A stretch of 64,000 bases of DNA from Thermoanaerobaculia bacterium. Lineage in GTDB: Bacteria; Acidobacteriota; Thermoanaerobaculia; Multivoradales; UBA5704. Positions 18,248 to 25,535 of the stretch are shown in pieces. The stretch is taken from contig DASYJD010000043.1 of assembly GCA_035996875.1 (NCBI GenBank), forward strand, positions 6,724 to 70,723, in the 5' to 3' direction. The first letter of the stretch is position 1, and every line of letters starts with the position of its first letter. Made by a program: the position numbers and the translations under genes. A model generated the notes under the pieces. That model did not search any database. It was given only the letters and a program-made list of their open reading frames with translations, and had not been told where the DNA came from.

Positions 18248-19309
18248 TTACCAGGTCTTCTGGTAGCCGGTAGTCAGCTCCTTGCCGCGGTGACGCCACT
18301 TCGGTTCCTTGTCGACGGTCCTCGCCGTGATGCCGCGCAGACCTCGGATGACACTGCCGTAGAGGCCACTCGCCATGGTCGACACCGTGGCGCCGGGCGG
18401 CTCGTCCATGAACGGCATGAACTTGTCGGGGAAGCCCGGCATGGTGCAGCCGATGCAGATGCCGCCGACGTTGGGGCAACCACCGATGCCGTTGATCCAG
18501 CCGCGCTTGGGCACGTTGCACTTCACCACCGGGCCCCAGCAGCCGAGCTTCACGATGCACTTGGGCGAGCCGTACTCATGGGCGAAGTCGCCCTGCTCGT
18601 AATAGCCGGCGCGATCGCAACCCTCGTGCACCGTGTGGCCGAACAGCCACGTCGGGCGCAGCTCCTCGTCGAGAGGAATCATCGGCGCCTGGCCGGTCGC
18701 CTGATAGAGAAGGTAGAGGATGGTCTCGGAAAGGTTATCGGGATGGATCGGGCAGCCCGGGACGCAGACGATCGGGATGCCGGCCTTCGACTTCCAGTTC
18801 CAGCCCAGATAGTCGGGCACGCCCATGGCGCCGGTCGGGTTGCCGGCCATGGCGTGAATACCGCCGTAGGTGGCGCAGGTGCCCACCGCCAGCACCACCA
18901 GCGCCTTTGGCGCGAGGCGGTCGATCCACTCGCTGGTAGTCATCGGCTGGCCCGTCGCCGGGTTGTTACCGAAGCCGCACCAGTAGCCTTCCTTCTTGAT
19001 CGCTTCGTTGGGGATGGAGCCCTCGATCACCAGCACGAAGGGATCGATCTCTCCCCGCTCGCCCTTGAAGAACCATTCGATGAAGTCGTCCGCCCCGCCC
19101 ACCGGGCCGCACTCGAAATCGATCAGCGGCCAGTGCACCGCGATCTTGGGCAGCCCCGGCAGGGCCCCCATGGCGATCTCCTCGATGCTCGGCTGCGTCG
19201 CCGCGGTGAGGGCGACCGAGTCGCCGTCGCAGCTCAGGCCCGCGTTGATCCAAAGGATGTGCACAACCGGTTCTTCGGCCGGCTTGGCAGCACTTGCCGT
19301 CGACGCCAT
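18248..19309 (-). CDS. hhyS: [NiFe]-hydrogenase small subunit, group 1h/5 (no Tat signal peptide)
   Basis: MASTASAAKPAEEPVVHILWINAGLSCDGDS... Multiple Fe-S Cys clusters and no RRxF Tat motif, consistent with a cytoplasmic group 1h enzyme. Confidence 0.9.
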   Translation of the reverse strand: MASTASAAKPAEEPVVHILWINAGLSCDGDSVALTAATQPSIEEIAMGALPGLPKIAVHWPLIDFECGPVGGADDFIEWFFKGERGEIDPFVLVIEGSIPNEAIKKEGYWCGFGNNPATGQPMTTSEWIDRLAPKALVVLAVGTCATYGGIHAMAGNPTGAMGVPDYLGWNWKSKAGIPIVCVPGCPIHPDNLSETILYLLYQATGQAPMIPLDEELRPTWLFGHTVHEGCDRAGYYEQGDFAHEYGSPKCIVKLGCWGPVVKCNVPKRGWINGIGGCPNVGGICIGCTMPGFPDKFMPFMDEPPGATVSTMASGLYGSVIRGLRGITARTVDKEPKWRHRGKELTTGYQKTW

Positions 19310-19478
19310 TCGCTACCCCCTTTCAGGAGAGAAGAAGGATCGAGTGGAGCTGATGAGAGTTGGAGAGAGAGAAGTCCGGGGCGGGGACCTGTTGCAGCGT
19401 CGGAAACTACCGTAGGTGAACCTGGCAAGACTATCACCTCACCCCCCAAGGACGACACGAGGGCGTCTTGGAATCCCC

Positions 19479-19495
19479 GTACACGTAGGGTGTAC
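19479..19495. promoter_or_regulatory. Palindrome gtacacgtagggtgtac in the hhyS/hypA divergent intergenic region (candidate regulator site)
   Basis: Perfect 6-bp arms with a 5-bp spacer, in the 270-bp divergent promoter region. Confidence 0.3.
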
Positions 19496-19578
19496 TGGGG
19501 TTCTCCCCCTGTCAACGCGAATATTCCTAGCAAGCAAAGTGCCAGGCGAGGCCCTGGTTCGGGTGTATCCTCCCCCGC

Positions 19579-19944
19579 ATGCACGAGCTGTCGATCGCCA
19601 TGAGCCTCATTGAGGCGGCGTGCGAGGAAGCGGCGCGCCAGGGCGACGTGCGTGTCGAGGCGCTTCACCTGCGGCTGGGGGCACTCTCGGGAGTCGTTCG
19701 CGAGGCGCTGGAGTTCTCGTTCGACCTCGCCGCCGCGGGCACGGCGATCGAGGGCGCCCGGTTGCAGATCGAGGAGATCCCGGTCACCGTGTATTGCCCG
19801 CAATGCTGTGAGGAGCGGCAACTGGCGAGCCTGCAACATTTTCGCTGCCCGGTGTGCGACACTCTGACGCCCGAAGTGGTGCGCGGCCGGGAGCTCGAGC
19901 TGAGAGCCTTGGAGATTTCAGAGAATGCCGTCCAGGATCGTTGA
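19579..19944 (+). CDS. hypA: Hydrogenase nickel-insertion protein HypA
   Basis: MHELSIAMSLIE...CPQC...CPVC zinc motif. Confidence 0.9.
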   Translation: MHELSIAMSLIEAACEEAARQGDVRVEALHLRLGALSGVVREALEFSFDLAAAGTAIEGARLQIEEIPVTVYCPQCCEERQLASLQHFRCPVCDTLTPEVVRGRELELRALEISENAVQDR

Positions 19945-20593
19945 AGTCCGGCAGGGGATCCTCAAGAAGAACGACCTGCTCGCCCACGGTCTGCGGCAGC
20001 GGTTCGAGGCTTCGAACGTCTTCGTCGTCAACCTCGTGTCCAGCCCGGGAGCGGGAAAAACGACTTTTTTGCAAGCCACTCTTACAGCGTTACACGCTCG
20101 CTGCCGCGTGGCTGCGCTGGTCGGCGATCTGGCGACCGAGCGGGACGCGGAGCGATTGGGACGCAGCGGAGCGCCGGTGCGGCAGATCGTCACCGGCACC
20201 GTCTGCCACCTCGAAGCCGAGATGGTAGGAACCGCGCTCGGGGACTGGGATCTCGCGGCGCTCGATTACCTCTTCATCGAGAACGTCGGCAACCTCGTCT
20301 GCCCGGCGAGCTACGACCTCGGGGAGAACCTGCGCGTCGTCCTCCTCTCGGTGACCGAGGGCGAGGACAAGCCGCTCAAGTACCCGACCATCTTCAGCGG
20401 CGCGGATCTGGCGATCCTCACCAAGATGGACATCGCCGAGGCCGTGGGCTTCGACCGCGACGAGGCGCTCCGCAACATCCAGGAAGTTCGCCCCGGCCTC
20501 GAGGTGCTGGAGACCTCGGCCCGCAGCGGCTTGGGGATGGAGGCGTGGCTGGCGAAGCTGGATCGCAGCCGGGCGAAGGCTTCGCCGACTTAG
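19925..20593 (+). CDS. hypB: Hydrogenase nickel-insertion GTPase HypB
   Basis: P-loop VSSPGAGKTT...ENVGNLVCPA. Overlaps hypA by 20 nt. Confidence 0.9.
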   Translation: MPSRIVEVRQGILKKNDLLAHGLRQRFEASNVFVVNLVSSPGAGKTTFLQATLTALHARCRVAALVGDLATERDAERLGRSGAPVRQIVTGTVCHLEAEMVGTALGDWDLAALDYLFIENVGNLVCPASYDLGENLRVVLLSVTEGEDKPLKYPTIFSGADLAILTKMDIAEAVGFDRDEALRNIQEVRPGLEVLETSARSGLGMEAWLAKLDRSRAKASPT

Positions 20594-20611
20594 AGCGCCC
20601 CCACCCAAGCC

Positions 20612-20675
20612 CCTCATCACCCCGGCCCTCTTCTCCCGACCCCCTCCACCCCCTCGCCGGGAGAAGAGGGAGAAC
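20612..20675. repeat. GC-rich structured repeat unit (copy B)
   Basis: ~95% identical to 5986..6049. Confidence 0.7.
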
Positions 20676-20772
20676 CGCCAGAACGCCCCAACCGAGTACC
20701 CCTCTCCCGGGGCGGGGGATGGGGTGGTCGGGAGAGGGGCAGGGGTGAGGGTCTGGGGCGGGGGGACTGCGA

Positions 20773-20804
20773 CGGAAGAAGAGGGCCGGGGTAATGAGGG
20801 TTCT
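20773..20804. repeat. Inverted partial copy of the same repeat unit (forms a long hairpin with 20612..20645)
   Basis: cggaagaagagggccggggtaatgagggttct is the reverse complement of the unit's 5' half. Lies between convergent hypB and the GGDEF gene. Confidence 0.6.
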
Positions 20805-21804
20805 ACACGGCCTGCACCGCCACTCTGTTGCGCCCGCTGCGCTTGGAGAGCAGCAGGGCATCGTCGGCGGCTTGGTAGAGGTCGTGGGGGGCGGTCATTG
20901 CCTTGCGCAGCTCGGCGACTCCGAAGGAGCAGCTCACGGCGATCTTGATGTCGCCATAGCGATGGTCGAAGTTGGCGACCTTGTCGCGCAGCTTGCTGGC
21001 CATGACCTCGGCACCCTCGGCCGTGGTCTCGGGAGCGAGGATGACGAACTCGTCGCCTCCGACCCGGGCGAGCATCTGCTCGGGGCGCACCAGCTCGCGG
21101 GCGATCGAGGCGACCTGCTTGAGAATGAAGTCGCCGCAGAGGTGGCCGTAGGTGTCGTTGATCGTCTTGAACTCGTCGAGGTCGAAGATGATGAGCGACA
21201 ACGGCCGCTGGTGGCGCTGGGCACGGGGAAGCTCGCGCTGCAGCTCCTCGTCGAACTTGCGCTTGTTGAAGATCTCGGTGAGGCCGTCCTTGGCCACCAA
21301 CTCGTAGATGGCGAGGTGATAGGCACTCTCGACGTCGGCCTCGTGCAGGAACTTGAAGTGGACGGCTGCGGTCTGGAAGCGGTCGCCGCTCCTCAGCACC
21401 GTGCGGCCGTGGACGGGCTGGCCGTTGACGTAGGTGCCGTTGGTGCTGCCCAGATCCTCGACGGTGACCACCGGCCCCATGTAGCGCAGGCGTGCGTGCT
21501 TGCGAGAGATCGACATCACCTCCGGCAGGCTGATGCCCACCGCGGCCGAACGGCCGATCTCCAGCGTGGTGCCCGGAGAGAGGCGGAAGCGGGAGCCCAG
21601 CCGCTGGCTCTCGGGATGGGCGATAAGGATGACGTCGGCCTCCGACTCCACGTGCATCGGGCCGCTGCCGCCGCTGCCCCGGCTGCTGCCCTCGAAGGTC
21701 TGCGTCGCGCCGCTCTCGTGGAGCGGTGAAAGGTCGATGTCGTCGGTGTCGGAGTCCCCTCGGGAGAGGACGTTGCGGGAGTCCGAGCGGTGGCGTTCGT
21801 CCAT
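20803..21804 (-). CDS. FHA-domain diguanylate cyclase (GGDEF)
   Basis: FHA region (LEIGRSAAVGISLPEVMSISRKHARL) plus GGDEF (RVGGDEFVIL). Start probably MDERHRSD at 21804 rather than the track start 21852. Confidence 0.75.
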   Translation of the reverse strand: MDERHRSDSRNVLSRGDSDTDDIDLSPLHESGATQTFEGSSRGSGGSGPMHVESEADVILIAHPESQRLGSRFRLSPGTTLEIGRSAAVGISLPEVMSISRKHARLRYMGPVVTVEDLGSTNGTYVNGQPVHGRTVLRSGDRFQTAAVHFKFLHEADVESAYHLAIYELVAKDGLTEIFNKRKFDEELQRELPRAQRHQRPLSLIIFDLDEFKTINDTYGHLCGDFILKQVASIARELVRPEQMLARVGGDEFVILAPETTAEGAEVMASKLRDKVANFDHRYGDIKIAVSCSFGVAELRKAMTAPHDLYQAADDALLLSKRSGRNRVAVQAV

Positions 21805-21900
21805 GGTCGAAGAGGTCCGCGGCTGCCGGGAAACAGGATAAAAGCCTAGCACCCCCCTCTGGAGGCGTCAAACCGGGAGTTTCCGGGCAAGATCATGCTC

Positions 21901-23208
21901 TCACTGGAGTTGCTTGAAGATCTCGCCGCCTTTCATCACGAAATCGATGTGTTCGAGAGTCCGCACGTCGGCGAGCGGGTTGCCGGGAGCAGCGACGACG
22001 TCGGCCAGCAGACCCGGATCGAGAGCGCCCCGGTCGTCGACGCCCAGCAGATCCGCGGCGGCCAGCGTGGCGGCGCGAATCGCGGCGAGCGGCGACATTC
22101 CCGCCGCGACCAGCAGCGCGAATTGCCTGGCGTTCTGGCCATGAGGAGCGGTGCCGGCGTCGGTGCCGTAGGCGATCTTGACGCCGGCGCGGACGGCCAG
22201 TCGTAGGCTCGCCGCCGCCCGCCGCTTGACTTCCACCATCTTGGCGCGCATGGCGTCCGGGTAGTCCGCATAAGCGTCGCCTTCGACTAAAATGGAAGTG
22301 GGTACGAGATAGGTGCCGCGCTCCTTCATCAGGCGGACCGCTTCCTCGTCGAGCTGCGAGCCGTGCTCGATCGAGGCCACTCCGGCGCGCACCGCGTGCA
22401 GAGTGCTGGCCAGGGAGTGGGAATGGGCCATCACCTTCAGATGGCTCCGCCTCGCCTCGTCGACGACCGTCTTCATCTCCTCGTCGGAGAACTGCAGGAT
22501 GTCGAGCGGCCGGTCGATGTCGCCGATGCCTCCCGACACCATGAGCTTGATGACCTCCGCTCCGTGCTTGATTTGATATCGCACGGCGCGGAGCAGTTTC
22601 TCAGGGCCGTCGGCGACGCCCTGCTCGGGGGTGGTCTCGAAGACGCCGGGAGGCCAGCCGGTGTTGTCACCGTGGCCGCCCGTCATGCTGATCTGGTAGC
22701 CGGCCGGCACGATGCGAGGTCCCACGGCAATCCCCTTTTCAATCGCCTTCTTCAGCCCGACGTCGATATAGTCGTTGTCGCCTGCCGAACGCACGGAAGT
22801 GAACCCGGCCAGCAGGGTGATGCGCGCGTTCTCGGCGCCGTTCAACGTGGCGTCGACCGGTCCGTCGAACAGACTCTCCGTGAACTTGTGGTGATGCGGG
22901 CCGCCGATGGACAGGTGCACATGCATGTCGAAAAGCCCGGGCAGCAGCGTGCGATCCCCGAGCTCGATCCAATGCGCACCCGCCGGTACGGCGACCGCCG
23001 AGCGCGTCCCCACGGCGCGGATGTGGCCGTCGGCGACGAGCACCACGGCATCTTCGAGCATTCGGCCGCTCCGCACGTCGAGCAGGCGTTGCGCGTGGAG
23101 GACGGTGTCCTCCGCCCAGGCCGGTCCGACAGCCATGATTGCGATCGTCGCGAGCCGAACCAGCGGCGCCAATCTGAGGTAACGCCAAAATGCAAACCTT
23201 GAGGTCAT
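21901..23208 (-). CDS. Secreted metal-dependent amidohydrolase
   Basis: Signal peptide MTSRFAFWRYLRLAPLVRLATIAIMAVGPAWA. LLPGLFDMHVHLSIGG metal-binding motif. ATG at 23208. Confidence 0.8.
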   Translation of the reverse strand: MTSRFAFWRYLRLAPLVRLATIAIMAVGPAWAEDTVLHAQRLLDVRSGRMLEDAVVLVADGHIRAVGTRSAVAVPAGAHWIELGDRTLLPGLFDMHVHLSIGGPHHHKFTESLFDGPVDATLNGAENARITLLAGFTSVRSAGDNDYIDVGLKKAIEKGIAVGPRIVPAGYQISMTGGHGDNTGWPPGVFETTPEQGVADGPEKLLRAVRYQIKHGAEVIKLMVSGGIGDIDRPLDILQFSDEEMKTVVDEARRSHLKVMAHSHSLASTLHAVRAGVASIEHGSQLDEEAVRLMKERGTYLVPTSILVEGDAYADYPDAMRAKMVEVKRRAAASLRLAVRAGVKIAYGTDAGTAPHGQNARQFALLVAAGMSPLAAIRAATLAAADLLGVDDRGALDPGLLADVVAAPGNPLADVRTLEHIDFVMKGGEIFKQLQ

Positions 23209-23209
23209 A

Positions 23210-23614
23210 TTACTCCCAATGCTTTGCAACCCGCGCCTGGCGCCGACCGCCAGCGACGGGATATTTGACCGCGTGCTCCGCGATGCGAGCCTTGACCAGC
23301 TTTCGCACCAGAGGAGCCGGCAACGGATGGTCCGCCGGAAAGCGAAGCGTGCCCTTGCTGGTGTCATAGCCCGCGAGCTCGTCCTTGAGGGCTTCCAGAG
23401 GATAGGCGCCGGGATAGAAGGCGCAGTGGTTCTTGGCGTCGCCGAAGGACACCAGCAGCCTGCCGTTCAGACGAAAGCCGGGGATCGCATAGCTGATGCA
23501 CTCCTCAGCCTCCGGCGCCGCGGCCTTGATGTCCCGCCGGAGCTTCGCGAGCGCCGCCCGGTGCTCGTCGCTCAAAGAAGCAAGATATTCGTCGATCGTC
23601 TTTGCCTTCGCTGC
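23210..23614 (-). CDS. DUF1801 (YdhG-like) domain protein
   Basis: AAKAKTIDEYLASLSDEHRAALAKLR...ISYAIPGFRLNG. Probable TTG start near 23614 after a GGAGAG SD. The track's N-terminal extension runs through a REP element. Confidence 0.55.
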   Translation of the reverse strand, partial: AAKAKTIDEYLASLSDEHRAALAKLRRDIKAAAPEAEECISYAIPGFRLNGRLLVSFGDAKNHCAFYPGAYPLEALKDELAGYDTSKGTLRFPADHPLPAPLVRKLVKARIAEHAVKYPVAGGRRQARVAKHWE

Positions 23615-23652
23615 CAAGGCTACTCTCCAATCACAAGGACCTACCCAAGGTA

Positions 23653-23686
23653 GAGACGCCCCGCGGGGAACCCCGTGGGGCGTCTC
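23653..23686. repeat. REP-like palindromic hairpin, copy 3
   Basis: gagacgccccgcggggaaccccgtggggcgtctc. Confidence 0.75.
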
Positions 23687-23750
23687 CGTCGCGGCGACAC
23701 CGCCCCAAAATCCCAAATCTCCCGCGGCCAACAGGAATCTTACTCTCCCT

Positions 23751-23785
23751 TTCTTCCCGTCTTCCCGTCTTCCCGTCTTCCCGAG
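23751..23785. repeat. 9-bp tandem repeat (cccgtcttc) x ~4
   Basis: ttcttcccgtcttcccgtcttcccgtcttcccgag, between REP copy 3 and the toxin-antitoxin operon. Confidence 0.6.
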
Positions 23786-23911
23786 AAACCCTACAACCAT
23801 CGCCGAACCCGCCCGCAGTACTGTTGATACTCGTCCCCAAACACCTGAAGCAGGCGCCGCTCCTACACCGGAATCACGAGACGAGGTACTGCCCCGAGGT
23901 TGACCAAACCA

Positions 23912-23937
23912 CATAGAGACTGTATAAAGTCTCTATG
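23912..23937. promoter_or_regulatory. Perfect palindrome catagagact-gtataa-agtctctatg overlapping the antitoxin start codon (candidate autoregulatory operator)
   Basis: 10-bp arms. The ATG of the antitoxin gene is the last 3 nt of the palindrome. Confidence 0.5.
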
Positions 23938-24228
23938 AAGACTCTCACTATCACCGAGGCCAAGAAGAACCTGGGCCGCTGGCTGGCGGCGGCGGCCGGC
24001 GGCGATGACGTAGGCATCATCTTGGGGGCCGATATCATCGCCCTTCGCAAAGTGGAAGTGGAATCCATAGACTATGCGCAGAGTGAGTACGGTGCGACTC
24101 CAGAGCAGGTGGCCGCCTTACAGAAAACCGTGGACGACCGCTATCGCCAGCTCAGGCCTTCAGGGAAGCTTTTGACGGTCACAGCGGCCGAGCTGAGAGG
24201 ACTTCTTGAAGAAGCTTCTCTCCCTTGA
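23935..24228 (+). CDS. Type II antitoxin, Phd/YefM family
   Basis: MKTLTITEAKKNLGRWL..., typical Phd/YefM N-terminus. 97 aa. Overlaps the downstream gene. Confidence 0.65.
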   Translation: MKTLTITEAKKNLGRWLAAAAGGDDVGIILGADIIALRKVEVESIDYAQSEYGATPEQVAALQKTVDDRYRQLRPSGKLLTVTAAELRGLLEEASLP

Positions 24229-24496
24229 TCCCGAGGTCTTGAAACGGCTGAAGAAGCTCAAAAAAAAAGAGCGAGTGGAATGTTTGCTGGCCCTTGTTGA
24301 GATGGCGGACACGTTTGGCCAGCCTCATAGCCACAGCGGGATTGGTATCCGCAAGCTCGGCGACCGTCTTTTCGAGTGTCGAGGCAACTTAGCCTTGCGT
24401 TTCGTGTTTGAGAACCGAGCCGAGGATCTCTTCGTCTTCTTCCTGGGTAAACACACAGAAGTCCAGAAACTTCTTCGCACTGGCAGCTTGGGCTGA
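24206..24496 (+). CDS. Putative RelE/ParE-superfamily toxin
   Basis: TTG start overlapping the antitoxin 3' end by 23 nt. ...LALRFVFENRAEDLFVFFLGKHTEVQKL. Contains an A9 homopolymer at 24260..24268. Confidence 0.45.
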   Translation: MKKLLSLDPEVLKRLKKLKKKERVECLLALVEMADTFGQPHSHSGIGIRKLGDRLFECRGNLALRFVFENRAEDLFVFFLGKHTEVQKLLRTGSLG

Positions 24497-24579
24497 GGTC
24501 GCGGAGGGCTATTGCCTGGGCGGAGCCTTATCCAAGGCCCGCTGCGGACAGTGCCCGGCTCCTCCCGGCGCGATCCCTC

Positions 24580-25293
24580 TCACCCCACCCGGAACACCTT
24601 CATCACCTCGTCCCCCAGGTGATTGATGACCTTCACCGCGATGCGTCCCGACTTGGGCTTGTCGAACGGGCGTGAGGTGTCGCTGTGGAGGGTGGCCCAC
24701 GCTTCTTCGTTGATCTCCGCCTTGAGGGTGGTCTTGAGCGCCTTGTAGGGATCGTTGGCGCCCAGGAAGTAGGCGTGGCGGACGAAGAAGCTCTCTTCGT
24801 TGTAGTCGGTGTCGATGAACCAGCAGGCGATGCCCTCGGCGCCGTCGCTGCGGACCTCTCCGGTGTTCGGGTGGAAAACGTCGACACCGTTGATCTTGAC
24901 CTGAACCTGACCATCCTCGGCGGGGAGGATGTCGATATCAGGCTCACCGAAGATCACGAAGAGGTTGCCCTTGCCGGTGTTCTTCAAGTCGCCAGCCATA
25001 TGAAGGTCGGCGTTCATGCGCGCCTTGAGCACCGGGATGCGGCCGAGCTTGTTGAATTCGGAGGCGTGAGCCTCGTAGTTGAACGCACAGGCGATCAACA
25101 CGTCGAAGTCGGCGTCGCCAGCCTCGCGCGCAGCAGTGACGAGGTCGGGACGCGTGACGGTGCCGAACTCCGGACCGATGAAAATCGCGGCGCGCCTCTC
25201 TTTTCCCCCTTCGCCTCCTTCGAGATAACGCCCCTCGGCGCAAACATGGTTTCCGGGCCAGGGGTTAAGCGCGGAGAACAGAATCTTATCCAC
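24580..25293 (-). CDS. Detached C-terminal domain of the Type III Mod methyltransferase, the displaced 3' portion of mod
   Basis: GTG start at 25293, then DKILFS encoded by the 18-bp inverted repeat, then a ~230-aa methyltransferase C-terminal-type domain (...GRIAVKVINHLGDEVMKV). In frame with the mod 3' end if the 25291..27617 segment is inverted. Confidence 0.55.
   Translation of the reverse strand: MDKILFSALNPWPGNHVCAEGRYLEGGEGGKERRAAIFIGPEFGTVTRPDLVTAAREAGDADFDVLIACAFNYEAHASEFNKLGRIPVLKARMNADLHMAGDLKNTGKGNLFVIFGEPDIDILPAEDGQVQVKINGVDVFHPNTGEVRSDGAEGIACWFIDTDYNEESFFVRHAYFLGANDPYKALKTTLKAEINEEAWATLHSDTSRPFDKPKSGRIAVKVINHLGDEVMKVFRVG
25273..25290. repeat. Left 18-bp inverted repeat (ggagaacagaatcttatc) of the invertible R-M segment
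   Basis: Perfect reverse complement of 27618..27635. Confidence 0.85.
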
Positions 25294-25521
25294 CTTGTGG
25301 TTGAGGTCAAAGGGTACCGTCGGGAGGATGCGAAAGAAAAGAAAGCAGTTATGGATTCGTATTGGATACCGGGAGTCAACAACCTCCGCACCTACGGCCG
25401 ATGGGCTTTCGCCGAGCTAACCGAGGTCTACCAAATCGAGAGCGACCTTGCGTCCAGGATCGAGTCTTTTTTCAACCAAATGATCGACCAAACGGTTGAG
25501 TCCGCCATGTATATCGTCTAA
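25291..25521 (+). pseudogene. Displaced 3' end of res: last 76 codons including the EVK of the PD-(D/E)xK nuclease motif
   Basis: Reads HLVVEVKGYRREDAKEKKAVMDSYWIPGVNNLRTYGRWAFAELTE...MYIV*. This continues the Res frame ...PDFVLLLDYGEQNLI across the inverted repeat when the segment is flipped. Stop lies 14 nt before the mod ATG. Confidence 0.7.
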
Positions 25522-25535
25522 AGAATGGATCAGCG

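Noticed and set aside
24685-25521. 278-aa + strand ORF
   Set aside because: It is mostly antisense to the Mod C-terminal-domain exon. Only its last 76 codons (25291-25521) are meaningful, as the displaced res 3' end.
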